From assembly GCF_964355755.1 (NCBI RefSeq), contig NC_092679.1, positions 18,397,432 through 18,461,431 of the forward strand: a DNA stretch of 64,000 nt. The letters are read 5' to 3'. The notes below the pieces were generated by a model, which searched no databases, was not told where the DNA came from, and saw only the letters and a program-made list of their open reading frames with translations. Below are positions 35,401 to 47,800 of the stretch, in pieces. Both the position numbers and the translations under genes were made by a program. Position 1 is the stretch's first letter, and each line of letters opens with the position of its first letter. The DNA is from Antedon mediterranea. Taxonomy: Eukaryota; Animalia; Echinodermata.

Positions 35401-38400
35401 TTGTGGCATAATAATGGAAAATGGATGTTTTGTTTTTTATTTTGTGCATTTAGGTTACCACCATACTGGCTATGTTAAAATATAATATTGTACAATATAT
35501 AATGGTCAGTTAATATTGTTCTAATATTTTTTAATTTTCTCATTGGATTTATATATTAACTATCACTGTTATGTAATTTTAATCTTAACGACACTATTAT
35601 CTAAAGGCTCCTACCAATTCTGCGGTCAAGAAAATTCCAAACAAAAATGTTTTCAAAATTTTACATAGGCCTTTTTATTATTATTATAATGTCTATAATT
35701 GTATTTTAAATTAATTTAAATTTGTGCTTAATAATATTCTAAAAGAAATTGATAACATTAGTAATTTATGATATGCTGCAGTGACTGGTAGATATGATTT
35801 TAGATTAAATCTTTTGCATGTACCAATCCATTCAAATTATAATGTATTGTTGTAAAACAGCTGCACACTCCACATGCAATTAACCTGTTTGTACAGTATG
35901 CATGATTAATTAGTATTATGAATATGCATGAACTAAAGTACTTGAATTTAAGTTCTGCTCTGTCGATTTAGAGACTTTAGATTTCTTTAGTAGCATGTTC
36001 TTTAGTTTATTTTTATTTTACATTTTTAGCTGAGAAAAAAGTAACAAAATCAGATAACTAAAATTAGATAGATTTTTGACAACAAAATTAATTTTGCATC
36101 ATAAATGGAAAAGTACTCTAATAATTGCTAAGTATTATTAAGATTTTTTAGTTTTGTTAAACTTTTTTAATTGTCATCCGAAACTAATTATTCTATATTG
36201 CAGTTACTGCAGTAACTACATAATGATTTGCAAAAGAAGGTTAAAGAGTAAATAAACGTTGGACCTGGTTCCTTATTCTTTCCTTCATCATTGCATTCAT
36301 TTCTGCTTTATTTCTAGAAGTCAGTTGAGGAGAACCTAGAAGAAGAGGATGACAACAAACCTGTTGTAAATGATACAACGCTGTATGATGTTTGGTTAGA
36401 GTTGAAAGCTGGTATTCGTCCAGGTGTCCAGAGCTTAGTAGGTCAATTAAACCCTTTACTTGAGCAGGTAAAGTTCCACAATTTGTTCCTATAAGTATCA
36501 CATTGCACTATTGTTTGAAGTTTTAAGTAAAACCTTTTATAAAGGTTTTTTTTCAATTATGTAGTATTTTTTTAGCAGTGGCGTAACAGCTACTTCATGG
36601 ATGGATAAAAAATGTATATAATCTTTGTTATTTAGATGTTATTATTTTCTACATTTTATGATAATCCATTTTTGTTAATTTTTTGTCTTTCAGCTTCCAG
36701 ATGATATGCACAAACAGTTGATTTCACCTGACTTGTGGGGTTATCCATGGATTGCAATACTTTTTGCACAGTCATTTGTTGTATTTATGTTCATAATGTT
36801 GTATGGCTGTGTAAGTACAACTTTTATATGTTTATATTTACACAAACATTCTTGATGCAAAATAATTAACTGTAATCTAAGTTATACAATTTATTAACTT
36901 TGTTTCTTTTATAACACTATAGTGTCTTACTATAATTCACCAAATTTCTGAGTGTCTGTTCCAGCTTTATTCAAAGACTAGAGGTAGCAAACTTGGTGGG
37001 TGGGTGCAGCTCAGTATAAGAATAATCTGTAGATAGTTTGTTTGTCTGACCTTTATCCTTGCTCTTTATCTTTAATATTTATACTACTATGCATCCTAAT
37101 AGTTAATTCTTTTTTACTTCTCAGATGTGTAGATCAAGAGCATCTAGAAGTAAGTATCTTTGCTTAGAAGATTTGCTTTGTTTTAAAAAACTTTACCTAC
37201 AGTATGCCAATATTTTAGCCAGTATGTGGAATAATCAATGCAAATGTTATACTGGTTTAATTAAGACATTGATGGTTTCCATTGTTAATCAATTATTTTA
37301 TGTTTTATTTGTAGAGTTAAAGGTGTTACATGAGGCCGAGTTGTTAAACCAAGAAAATGCCAAAGAAAATTTATATGACGCTTATGAAAACATGGCTTCT
37401 GTGGTAAGTTTTGGTCTTGACATGACTGGGTAGCTATTTAGCATACACTCTTGCAGTGTAGATAGGCCTATACTGTCATTTTCCTCTATACCACATATAT
37501 ATTTTATTTATATTTATTTTTTTTGTAGGCTAAAGAGTACCATCAGAAGTTCAATGACTTAGAAGAAAAAAGTTTGGATTTTGATAATAAAATTAAAGAA
37601 GTTGAGGTTTGTACAAGTTCAATGTAACTGGTTTTTCATCTAATATTTCAAAGAATGAGCATTATAATATTGTAATGAATTCAAGTTGAAAAATAAATTT
37701 ATATATATTTGTTCATCATTTTATTTGCAGAATGAGAAATTGGAAGTGGAGTTAGAACTGAAAACTGTTCGTGAAGAACATTCAGATTTGTACAAGCAAC
37801 ATGAAGATACAGTAGAAGATTTACAACAGCACCAGCAACATATAGCAAAACTACAGAGCGATATTGATTCAGCTTCTAACTTAATTCAAGATCTTAAATC
37901 ATCAATTCAACAGGTAATTTACAACTACCTAGAAACAAGAGAATATAAATTAGCGGACTTTCAATTTGCAATAACCTAGGAACTTGTTACGTCATGTTAA
38001 TTCATTTTGCGCGTGCAGGGATATGGTGACATGCTCCTAGATTCTGTGATACATGTTTTGGCGAATTCTAGTTCCAGACAGTGTCAAAAAACAATAATTA
38101 CGTGCAAATCCTAATTGCCGTGGGTCCGTGGAGGACCTAATCTGAATTTCCTCAGTTTCCAGTTAAGCTTGAGGACAAATATAAATACCTTTACCTTAAT
38201 TGAAACACCCTAACATGCAGGTCCAACGTCCTAGGTCTTCTCAATTCTCAATTACTTCCACCTAACTAAAACCGTTAAATCTATTAAACCGTTAATACTA
38301 TTAAACCGTTATAACTATTAAACCGTTATAACTATTTAGCCGTTAAATCTATTAAACCGTTAAATCTATTAAACTGTTAAACACTATTAAACTATTAAAA

Positions 38401-41400
38401 GCTGTAAAAAATTATTAAACCGTTAAAAACTATTAAACCGTTAAAAACTATTAAACCTTAAAACTATTAAACCGTTAAAAATGATTAAACTGTTAAAAAC
38501 TACTAAACCGTTAAAAGCTATTAAACCGTTAAAAACTATTAAACCGTTTAAAACTATTAAACCATTTAAAACTATTAAACCGTTACACTATTAAACTATT
38601 AAAAGCCGTAAAAAATGATTAAACCGTTAAAAACTATTAAACCGTTAAAAACTATTAAACCGTTAAAAACTATTAAACCGTTAAAAACTATTAAACCGTT
38701 TAAAACTATTAAACCGTTAAATCTACTGGACCGTATAAGTCTATTAAACCGTTAAAAACTATTAAACCGTTTAAAACTATTAAACCATTTAAAACTATTA
38801 AACCGTTAAACACTATTAAACTATTAAAAGCCGTAAAAAATGATTAAACCGTTAAAAACTATTAAACCGTTAAAAACTATTAAACCGTTTAAAACTATTA
38901 AACCATTAAATCTACTGAACCGTATAAGTCTATTAAACCGTTAAAAACTATTAAACTATTATTTTTCTTGTGTATAGCTTGAAGATCAGCTAAAAAATAG
39001 TATAGAAAAAGGGGCTCAACTTGAGCTTGATTTGGGAACTGCTCAAGAACAAAATGAATTATTGGAAGAAACCAAACAGCAGGTATTTTGAAAGAAAATA
39101 TTTCTTTTTTTTTAATGTATCTTATTAAAATATTCTTTTATTTACTTACTTAATTTGATTTTATTATTTCGTAGTATGCACAGGACACGGATGGCTGGAA
39201 ACAAAGGTATGTATTTAAAATATATATATATATATCCAATCTGCAGACAGTACTGTTTCGATCTTATTAGATTTCGTCAGTGTAGCTCCGGTTTCAAAAT
39301 GAAATGTACCGCAGAACTGGCACAATATATAAGCTGAGCCAGGTGTGCGGGACATGGTACACAGATTTATAAACAGTGCACAAGCTCAACGAGCGATATA
39401 TATATATATTTTCCTAAATATTATAACTAAGTTGTATAAATTATTAGAGTATTAATAAAATTGAGAAATTTGAATACACTTTTTGTTTTCTTCTAAAAGA
39501 CATTCTGAAGTTCAAAATGAGATGGATAGGTTGATTGAGCAACAGACAGAATTTAAGGAAACTATCAAAGAAAAAGAAGATGAAAATGAGGTATTGTATA
39601 ATCGGAAATAGAATTGTATATGCCTACTTGAACAAAGCTCGAACCCCGACCTCCAGATAACTAACCTGCCATTCATACTGTCTACACTATCAAACTTGTT
39701 TGACAAAAAAAGTGTGATGTACCCAAATATTATAGTGATATTCCCAAGTATGGTAGTGATGACATCATCATGTCCATATTTGGGCACATCAACTTTTTTT
39801 GTCACATCAAGATTGATAGTGTAGACAGAACGTTAGTTTCAACGGTAAAATAGATTCCTGTATGCAAATACATAAACAAACAGATGTCTATTCTACTCTT
39901 TTTATTTATGCAAATAAATAAACAAACATAATAGAATAGACATCTGTATGCAAATTAATTGTGCATATAATTATGCATAAACAAAACAAGGTATAATCAG
40001 GAATAGAATAAAATCTAAATAGACTATTTAATATTGATTTGAAGACTTTTGAATAATTTAAAACACATTTTTGTTTGTATTTGTAGGTTTTGAAGGACTG
40101 TCTTGTTCAATTAAAAGGCCTTGAAGCTGATGAGGAAGATGGAACAGGTAGGAGAACCAGAGACAAATATATTAAATTATGTCTTGATTTCTGTCATGAT
40201 TTTGTGATTTGCGATAAGAGTTGATTCACAGCTTGTTCCCGCTGGTAAATGCTTTCTCTTGCATTTCAAATAACTAGTTATCTAGTAATAATCGCATATA
40301 TTCTAAAAATTAATTTCCAGAAGGCGATTTAGAAATGAAGATTCAACAGTTAATGGATGTTTCTAAGATCAATACTCGGTTGGCAGCGACAGAAGAAGAG
40401 AGACAGCGGCTGGAGAACAGCCTACAAGAACAAACGTCTCAAAGACAACTTCTAGATAGTAAGATTTTTAAGTTTATTTAGTGTATCAAGTAAAATAGAT
40501 AGATCAATGATATAAGTCAATGAATCAATCATGGCCTAGGTTGTACCATAGAGGTATAAAATCTAATTTTATACCTCCATGGTTGTAATACTATTCACCT
40601 AAGACTGTAATTTCCTAAAAAAAGGCAAGTTTGTTTTATGACACACGAAGAGCTACTCATAAAAAAAAAGTATGAAGTAAGGTAAAGGAGAGTTAAAGTC
40701 GTTAAATATCATGAGCTTCATAAAGTGATACTTAACTCTATCTGGTCTGCAAGCAAGATGATATATAATTATAATCTAGAAAACTGTTTAGAACCCCTGT
40801 CTTATATTACTTTTATGCACCTTTGCCTGCCTCTGTTATCCCACAGACCAAGTAGAAGATTTAAAGCTACAACTGAAAGGATTAACTAGTGAATTTAGCA
40901 AAGTTCAAGGAGCACACAATCAAGCCGAATCAAAACATGAGGTATTACAGCAGTACTGGAAGGAACGAGAGACAGAACTGCAAAGGTATGCTGATAATAT
41001 GTTTATATACTCGTCTTTATTCTACTTCTCATAGAATCATCAAGTTCTTCTGTACTTATTATTTCTTCATTGTTTTCAACAGGAAACTAGGAGTAACCGA
41101 CGCCAAAAATATTGAATTAAATCAACAGTTAGATGATTATAGGAAAAACTCTACAGATGCTCAAGAAGATTCTGCAAACTATAGGTAATTGCATTGGTTT
41201 GTGTACTAGCCTAATGGGCTCCCAAATTTCAATATGTTCTTGCTCAGATAATTATCTTTTTCAAATATTATCTTCATTTTTCTTTTTGATGTCTTGTGTA
41301 AACAATTTTAAATACATGTTGGTCACGTAAAATCCGATATGACATATGTTGATAAACCAAATAGGAAAAACTCTACAGATGCACAAGAAGATTCTGCAAA

Positions 41401-43831
41401 CTATAGATAATTGCCTTGATTTGTTTACTAGCCTAATGGGCTAGTAGAATATAGTGTGTTCTAGCCCACTATTTCTGTAGCCCATAATAACCTGATATTA
41501 AACATCAATGTCTTGTGTTGTTAAATGAGCCTGATTAAGATAATTGTTCCTCCCAAATTTCAGTATGTTCTTGCTCAGACAATTATTTTTTTTCAAATGT
41601 TATCTTCATTTTTCTTTTTGATAATGTCATGTGTAAACAATTTGAAATATGTGGTAATATCTTAATCATACATGTTAATAGATCATAGCATACATCCAAT
41701 TTTCACTAACATATTTTAATATGTCTGCATGACGAGTATTAAATCTTGTTTGAATTTGATTTTCTAGTGATTTTTGATTACATTTTTGTATTTTAGAAAG
41801 CAAGTTAAAAACCTGATGGATGAAATGGAGAAACAAAAGCAGAGTCTCAGTAAAGAGGTAGAGTGTGTTTTAAAATCCACTAATATTTTTAATTTAAACA
41901 TCATATTGCATATTCCATTACAAACTCTGTATTCTCATATGTGTTAATAATTTATTTAATTTATAAACATTTTGATTACCTTAGGTTGCTGCCCAGGAAC
42001 AAAAGGCTCACAACAATTGGGTAAATTATTATTCAATTTATAAATAGTTACGATTTGGCGTTAGCAGATTTATTTATTAAAACATTTTAAAAATATTGCT
42101 TTAAAAAAAACACTTTAAATGATCCATAGACATCTGAGAGTCTCAATGACAAGATATTTATTATTAGAAGAAAAACAGATTTTAATGAAACAATATTCGA
42201 TTTACAGATTGCTGCAAAGAAGTCTGAACGAGAATTACAGGAAGCTAAAAACGATGCAGCTCTTTTACGGCAAAGGTCAGTTGATTCTTTATTAATAAGA
42301 AAGTATTAATTTGATTAAAAAACACATTTTTTTAATTTAAATAATTATACTACACCATTTAAGCATTCTTTTATGATAATTTTTCTTTTCATTTTTAAAA
42401 CTTTTTTTTCAGGTTGACAGAACTTGAAGGACGTAAAGCTCCAAATGAGAACGTTCTAGTAGTTAAACCTTCCCCCTCTGCTCCTTCTCCACATCGTAAG
42501 AATTTTTTCATTTATTCATGTTTCTACATATCAAACCGGTCATTTAAATAAATCGGACACCTGAAGTTTTGAAGTTAACTCTAATAACAACCAGATTTCA
42601 GTAGGGAATCTTTTATTGCATATGCCTTCAAATAATTATTTTATAAGATATATGTTTAAAAACAATAAATAAACAGAATTTTGTTTTAAGTCCAAAACAA
42701 AATTAAAGAATAGATATTTGGGACAAAATGTCTATAACAGAACATTGAACGTTTTTTGTTTATTTTATAGCAACATCAACCGGAAGAGGGGGCCAATCAA
42801 GGTAATGTTATTGTGTCTTTCGTTTGTGTCACTTTTATTTTTGTTCTGGTCTAGTGATTGGATTTTTTATCATGACAAGAAATGCAGTAAAGCAATAACT
42901 ATGAGTAAAAAGAGACTTGTTACATCCTGTCGTATAATTGTTATTGAAAATATTTATATTTACAGTGAACGTGGAAGTACTAGACGTGGGCCAAGCAGGA
43001 ACAGCATCGCAGACATCCCTTCACCTCCATTCTTAGACAACCATCGGCCAGGTTCACCACCAAGACGGCGTACACCTCCAGGAATGTACGGTCCTCCTCC
43101 ACCACTCCATCCGGATGAGTTCCGTGGATTTCCTCCACCATCAGATTACCGCCCTCCACCTCTTGGGCATTTTGATGATTTCGATCCTCATCTAGGCCCA
43201 CGACCAGGATTCCCGGGGGATATGGACATGATGAGGCCTCCATTCCCGGATATGGAATTTGACGGAATGCGTCCACCACTTGGTCCGGATCATCCTGGAA
43301 TGTTTTCACCACTCATGTTTCCTTCTCCAGGGGATCATCGTTTCCCACCTCCTGGTGCAATGCCACCTCCAGGTGGAATACCTCCCCCGGGTGGAATGCC
43401 TCCTCTGGGTGGAATGCCACCTCCAGGTGGAATGCCACACACAGGTGAATATATAGTTAAACTATAAATTTAATTAATACAAATAAAGTAGAACCATCTT
43501 CGGGAACCAAGAAAGTTTCCCCTTAATAGTGGTGTCCCGTTAATAGTAGTTAAAATAACCATGTTAAATCGTCCAATATTAATTCTTTATTTTCAAAAGG
43601 AATGCGTCCACCCTCCGGATTACGACACGGTAATGAAAGATTTGGTAATCAGAGAACGTCATCACCATCGGAGGCAGAACTGATGAAAGTTATACCGCCA
43701 CCAACTGTAAGTATTAATGCACTTGTAATTCATTTATTTTATACATGTGATTGTGATTTTGTTTTGTTCCATAGATTGGCTTTAATTCATAACACAATAT
43801 TCTCTTTTAGGGTTTACCAAAAGGTGTGTGA
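20402..43831 (+). CDS. MIA3: Transport and Golgi organization protein 1 (TANGO1/MIA3 ortholog), about 28 exons
   Basis: Signal peptide plus MIA-type SH3 (LSDFRLCTDPKC, LSFEKGDDILIFSR, DLWGG, GYFPK; exons 20402-20504, 22036-22169, 22316-22411). Long acidic lumenal exons 23593-24703, 24926-(24997 or 30802), 32060-34950 and ~36318-36467. TM exon ~36695-36810 (LWGYPWIAILFAQSFVVFMFIMLYG). Many small coiled-coil exons at 37.1-42.5 kb, including EQKAHNNWIAAKKSEREL. Pro-rich domain 42967-43706 and stop TGA at 43829-43831. Confidence 0.93.
20753..21096. mobile_element. TTAA-flanked MITE (Kolobok-like), copy 1
   Basis: TTAA-AGATGTATTGTCCCC ... GGGGACAATACACCT-TTAA. A second copy lies in opposite orientation at 60938-61382. 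Confidence 0.85.
21340..21570 (-). mobile_element. Decayed 3' fragment of an RTE-type LINE
   Basis: The minus strand reads, with stops and frameshifts, MRQKTNIKDIIEKIKEMKWRWAGNI..DNKWTKKLKE*..PRNGKRSR..RRWRDEI, the typical post-RT tail of RTE-clade ORFs. Confidence 0.7.
21684..21780. mobile_element. MITE family A, copy 4 (internally deleted)
   Basis: AGCTCTATCTACACTATCTAAACT...AGTTTGATAGTTTAGACAGAGCT. Confidence 0.8.
22570..23060 (-). repeat. Decayed tRNA-related repeat with a tandem ~120-bp duplication
   Basis: Minus strand 22585-22650 is tRNA-like (AGTGGTTAGGAC..CTGCATATCAAGCAGG..degenerate B box..T run). 22843-22955 and 22960-23060 are duplicates ending in the same GAGAAT..AAAAAGTC(GCCCCAACC) junction. 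Confidence 0.5.
25774..26490 (+). repeat. Coding 54-bp tandem repeat (EVEPAKEQEHVxVKETES), about 13 copies
   Basis: Near-identical 18-aa units in ORF 25030-30978. Confidence 0.95.
27420..28190 (+). repeat. Coding 171-bp (57-aa) tandem repeat, about 4.5 copies, each with CPNTVLxxFQPIVHKMC
   Basis: TGTCCCAACAC recurs at 27616, 27787 and 27958 (period 171). Confidence 0.9.
32620..33240 (+). repeat. E/R/K-rich coding repeat, a probable single alpha-helix segment in the TANGO1 lumenal region
   Basis: About 200 aa of EEERQEQLRREEE-type units with no Pro. Confidence 0.75.
38265..38960. repeat. Intronic ~18-bp minisatellite (AAAAACTATTAAACCGTT)n
   Basis: Dozens of tandem copies with a larger internal re-duplication. 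It ends about 15 bp before a TANGO1 acceptor. Confidence 0.95.
39241..39285 (-). ncRNA. Decayed copy of the 7382-7426 hammerhead in a (TA)n-flanked element (39221-39410)
   Basis: Identical to 7382-7426 except for two substitutions that create A-C mismatches in stems I and II. The core CUGACGA/GAAA/GUC is retained. Confidence 0.75.
39677..39833. mobile_element. MITE family A, copy 5
   Basis: CTGTCTACACTATCAAACTTGTTTGACAAAA...TTGATAGTGTAGACAG. Confidence 0.8.
41361..41655 (+). pseudogene. Pseudo-exon: duplicate of the 3' half of TANGO1 exon 41083-41184 plus downstream intron, with the donor inactivated
   Basis: 41361-41442 copies 41139-41220 with GTAATT changed to ATAATT. After about 110 extra bp, 41550-41650 copies 41220-41315. 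Confidence 0.85.
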
Positions 43832-44869
43832 ACAAATCCATGCCAGTTATGGAAAATGCTTTAGTTTAACTCAACAAGTGCAATGACAACAGTTTAGAAG
43901 AAAACTGTAATACTTATGTATGCAACACTTTCAGATTAAGGGCTGGCATTCCGTAAAATTAATTAAAATTGCAAGATACTTTAAGTCAGTCAGACTCATC
44001 AGAAACACTGTAACAAATATGTCAAAATTAAACATAATTTTTAATATAATTTATTTTATATGCTTAGATTTTTAAGAATGTTTGTGTTTAGAAAAGGTGC
44101 TTGTAAAATTAACTGCTGCCAATCCAACCCCATCCCCTCAACAACACAATAAGTTTTAGCTGCTTATCTAGGTAAATAATTTTAATGTTAACACAGCAAG
44201 AACTACAGTATATCTGTGAATTTCCAGTATTTACAGTAATTTATAAATGCTGTAAATGTGAATTGTATTCCACACCCTTTGATCATTTGAGGAAGACATA
44301 ATTATAAAGAAATAATTGATTTATTATCACAATTAATTTAAATGTGCAAATGAGATTGAAATTATAAATTCTGTGGTTACTTGGTGTGTTGATCCCTTTG
44401 GAGCTAAAATGTTTGGGTACGGGTAAAGCATCAGAGCCAAAAATTTGACGGCCGGCAAAAGATAGGACATCAAATTAAGCTCATCCCTTCATTCCGCCAC
44501 TTTTATGCCCCCCCCCCCTCCCACACCACTCTACTTCAACATCCTGGATCCGCCACTGGATACATTAAAAACTGGGTTTGGGTAAGTAGTAGGAAACCAA
44601 AGCTTCCGGTTCATATTTTTGAATTAATTAAAATAATTTAATAAATTGTTGGTTGTTATCAAGAGAAGTGTTTGACATTTTTATTTTATTGTTGTACTAT
44701 GTACATTGAGGTTAAAATGTTATTAAGTATATAAAATAATTTGTGTTTAATTTCTTGGTTCGTGATTTGTTTACATCACTTTATATAGGCTATATAAAGT
44801 GATGCTATTTGCACACATTTCTACAATGATACTATTATAGTACAGGATTTTTTTCGTAAAATAGGCAAA

Positions 44870-47800
44870 TTTCGACCTTTTTATTTTTTGCCATAAATGG
44901 TTACTATACGTGTATAAGATAATTATAACGCAATATATGCACATATATAGCAATGTTATTGCATAATAATATTTTTTTTAGTAACCACTTTTTACATAAA
45001 TGGTTACTATAGCATAATAAACATGCGCACAGTCGAATAATGGGTTCTGCGCATGTCCATTGTGCTATAGTAACCAGTTTTATCGAAAAATAAAAAGGTC
45101 GAAAATTGCCAATTTTCGACCCTTTTATTTTTTGACATAAATGGTTACTATAGCATAATAAACATGCGCAGAGTCGAATAATGGGTTCTGCGCATGTCAT
45201 TTGTGCAATAGTAACCACGTTTGACATAAATGGTTACTATAGCATAATAAACATGCACAGAGTCGAATAATGGGTTCTGCGCATGTCCATTGTGCTATAG
45301 TAACCAGTTTTATCGAAAAATAAAAAGGTCGAAAATTGACATTTTTTGAAAAAATTCCTGTACTATAGTACAGGAAAATTTTCGAAAAATGGCCAATTTT
45401 CGACCCTTTTATTTTTTGACATAAATGGTTACTATAGCATAATAAACATGCACAGAGTCGAATAATGGGTTCTGCGCATGTCCATTGTGCTATAGTAACC
45501 AGTTTTATCGAAAATAAAAAGGTCGAAAATTGACATTTTTTGAAAAAATTCCTGTTCTATAATACAGGGAAATTTTCGAAAAATGGCCAATTTTCGACCC
45601 TTTTATTTTTTTGACATAAATGGTTACTATATCATAATAAATATGCGCAGAATCAAATAATGCGTTCTGCGCATGTCAATTGTGCTATAGTAACCACTTT
45701 TGACACAAATGGTTACTATAGCATAATAAACATGCGCACCGTCGAATAATGGGTTCTGCGCATGTCCATTGTGCTATAGTAACCAGTTTTATCGAAAAAT
45801 AAAAAGGTCGAAAATTGACCATTTTTTGAAAAAATTCCTGTACTATAGTACAGTGAAATTTTCGAAAAATGACCAATTCTCGACCCTTTTATTTTTTGAC
45901 ATAAATGGTTACTATAGCATAATAAACATGCGCAGAGTAGAATAATGAGTTCTGCGCATGTCATATTTTGTGCCATAGTAACCACTTTTGACATAAATGG
46001 TTACTATAGCATAATAAACATGCACAGAGTCGAATAATGGGTTCTGCGCATGTCCATTGTGCTATAGTAACCAGTTTTATCGAAAAATAAAAAGGTCGAA
46101 AATTGACCATTTTAAAATTTTTTTTTCAAAAAATGACCAATTTTCGACCCTTTTATTTTTTTATATAAATGGTTACTATAGCATAATAAACATGCGCAGA
46201 GTCGAATAATGGGTTCTGCGCATGTCATTTGTGCAATAGTAACCACTTTTGACATAAATGGTTACTATAGCATAATAAACATGCGCAGAGTCTAATAATG
46301 GGTTCTGCGCATGTCATTTGTGCAATAGTAACCACTTTTGACATAAATGGTTACTATAGCATAATAAACATGCACAGAGTCGAATAATGGGTTCTGCGCA
46401 TGTCCATTGTGCTATAGTAACCAGTTTTATCGAAAATAAAAAGGTCGAAAATTGACATTTTTTGAAAAAATTCCTGTACTTATAGTACAGGGAAATTTTC
46501 GAAAAATTGCCAATTTTCGACCCTTTTATTTTTTGACATAAATGGTTACTATAGCATAATAAATATGCGCAGAATCGAATAATGCGTTCTGCGCATGTCA
46601 ATTGTGCTATAGTAACCACTTTTGACACAAATGGTTACTATAGCATAATAAACATGCGCAGAGTCGAATAATGGGTTCTGCGCATGTCCATTGTGCTATA
46701 GTAACCAGTTTTATCGAAAAATAAAAACGTCGAAAATTGACCATTTTTTGAAAAAATTCTTGTACTATAGTACAGGGAAATTTTCAAAAAATGACCAATT
46801 TTCGACCCTTTTATTTTTTGACATAAATGGTTACTATAGCATAATAAACATGCACAGAGTCGAATAATGGGTTCTGCGCATGTCCATTGTGCTATAGTAA
46901 CCAGTTTTATCGAAAATAAAAAGGTCGAAAATTGACATTTTTTGAAAAAATTCCTGTTCTATAATACAGGGAAATTTTCGAAAAATGGCCAATTTTCGAC
47001 CCTTTATTTTTTTGACATAAATGGTTACAATATCATAATAAATATGCGCAGAATCAAATAATGCGTTCTGCGCATGTCAATTGTGCTATAGTAACCACTT
47101 TTGACACAAATGGTTACTATAGCATAATAAACATGCGCACCGTCGAATAATGGGTTCTGCGCATGTCCATTGTGCTATAGTAACCAGTTTTATCGAAAAA
47201 TAAAAAGGTCGAAAATTGACCATTTTTTGAAAAAATTCCTGTACTATAGTACAGGGAAATTTTCGAAAAATGACCAATTCTCGACCCTTTTATTTTTTGA
47301 CATAAATGGTTACTATAGCATAATAAACATGCGCAGAGTAGAATAATGGGTTCTGCGCATGTCATATTTTGTGCCATAGTAACCACTTTTGACATAAATG
47401 GTTACTATAGCATAATAAACATGCACAGAGTCGGATAATGGGTTCTGCGCATGTCCATTGTGCTATAGTAACCAGTTTTATCGAAAAATAAAAAGGTCGA
47501 AAATTGACCATTTTAAAAAATTTTTTTCGAAAAATGACCAATTTTCGACCCTTTTATTTTTTGATATAAATGGTTACTATAGCATAATAAACATGCGCAG
47601 AGTCGAATAATGGGTTCTGCGCATGTCATTTGTGCAATAGTAACCACTTTTGACATAAATGGTTACTATAGCATAATAAACATGCACAGAGTCGAATAAT
47701 GGGTTCTGCCCATGTCCATTGTGCTATAGTAACCAGTTTTATCGAAAAATAAAAGGGTCGAAAATTGGTCATTTTTCGAAAATTTTCCTGTACTATAATA

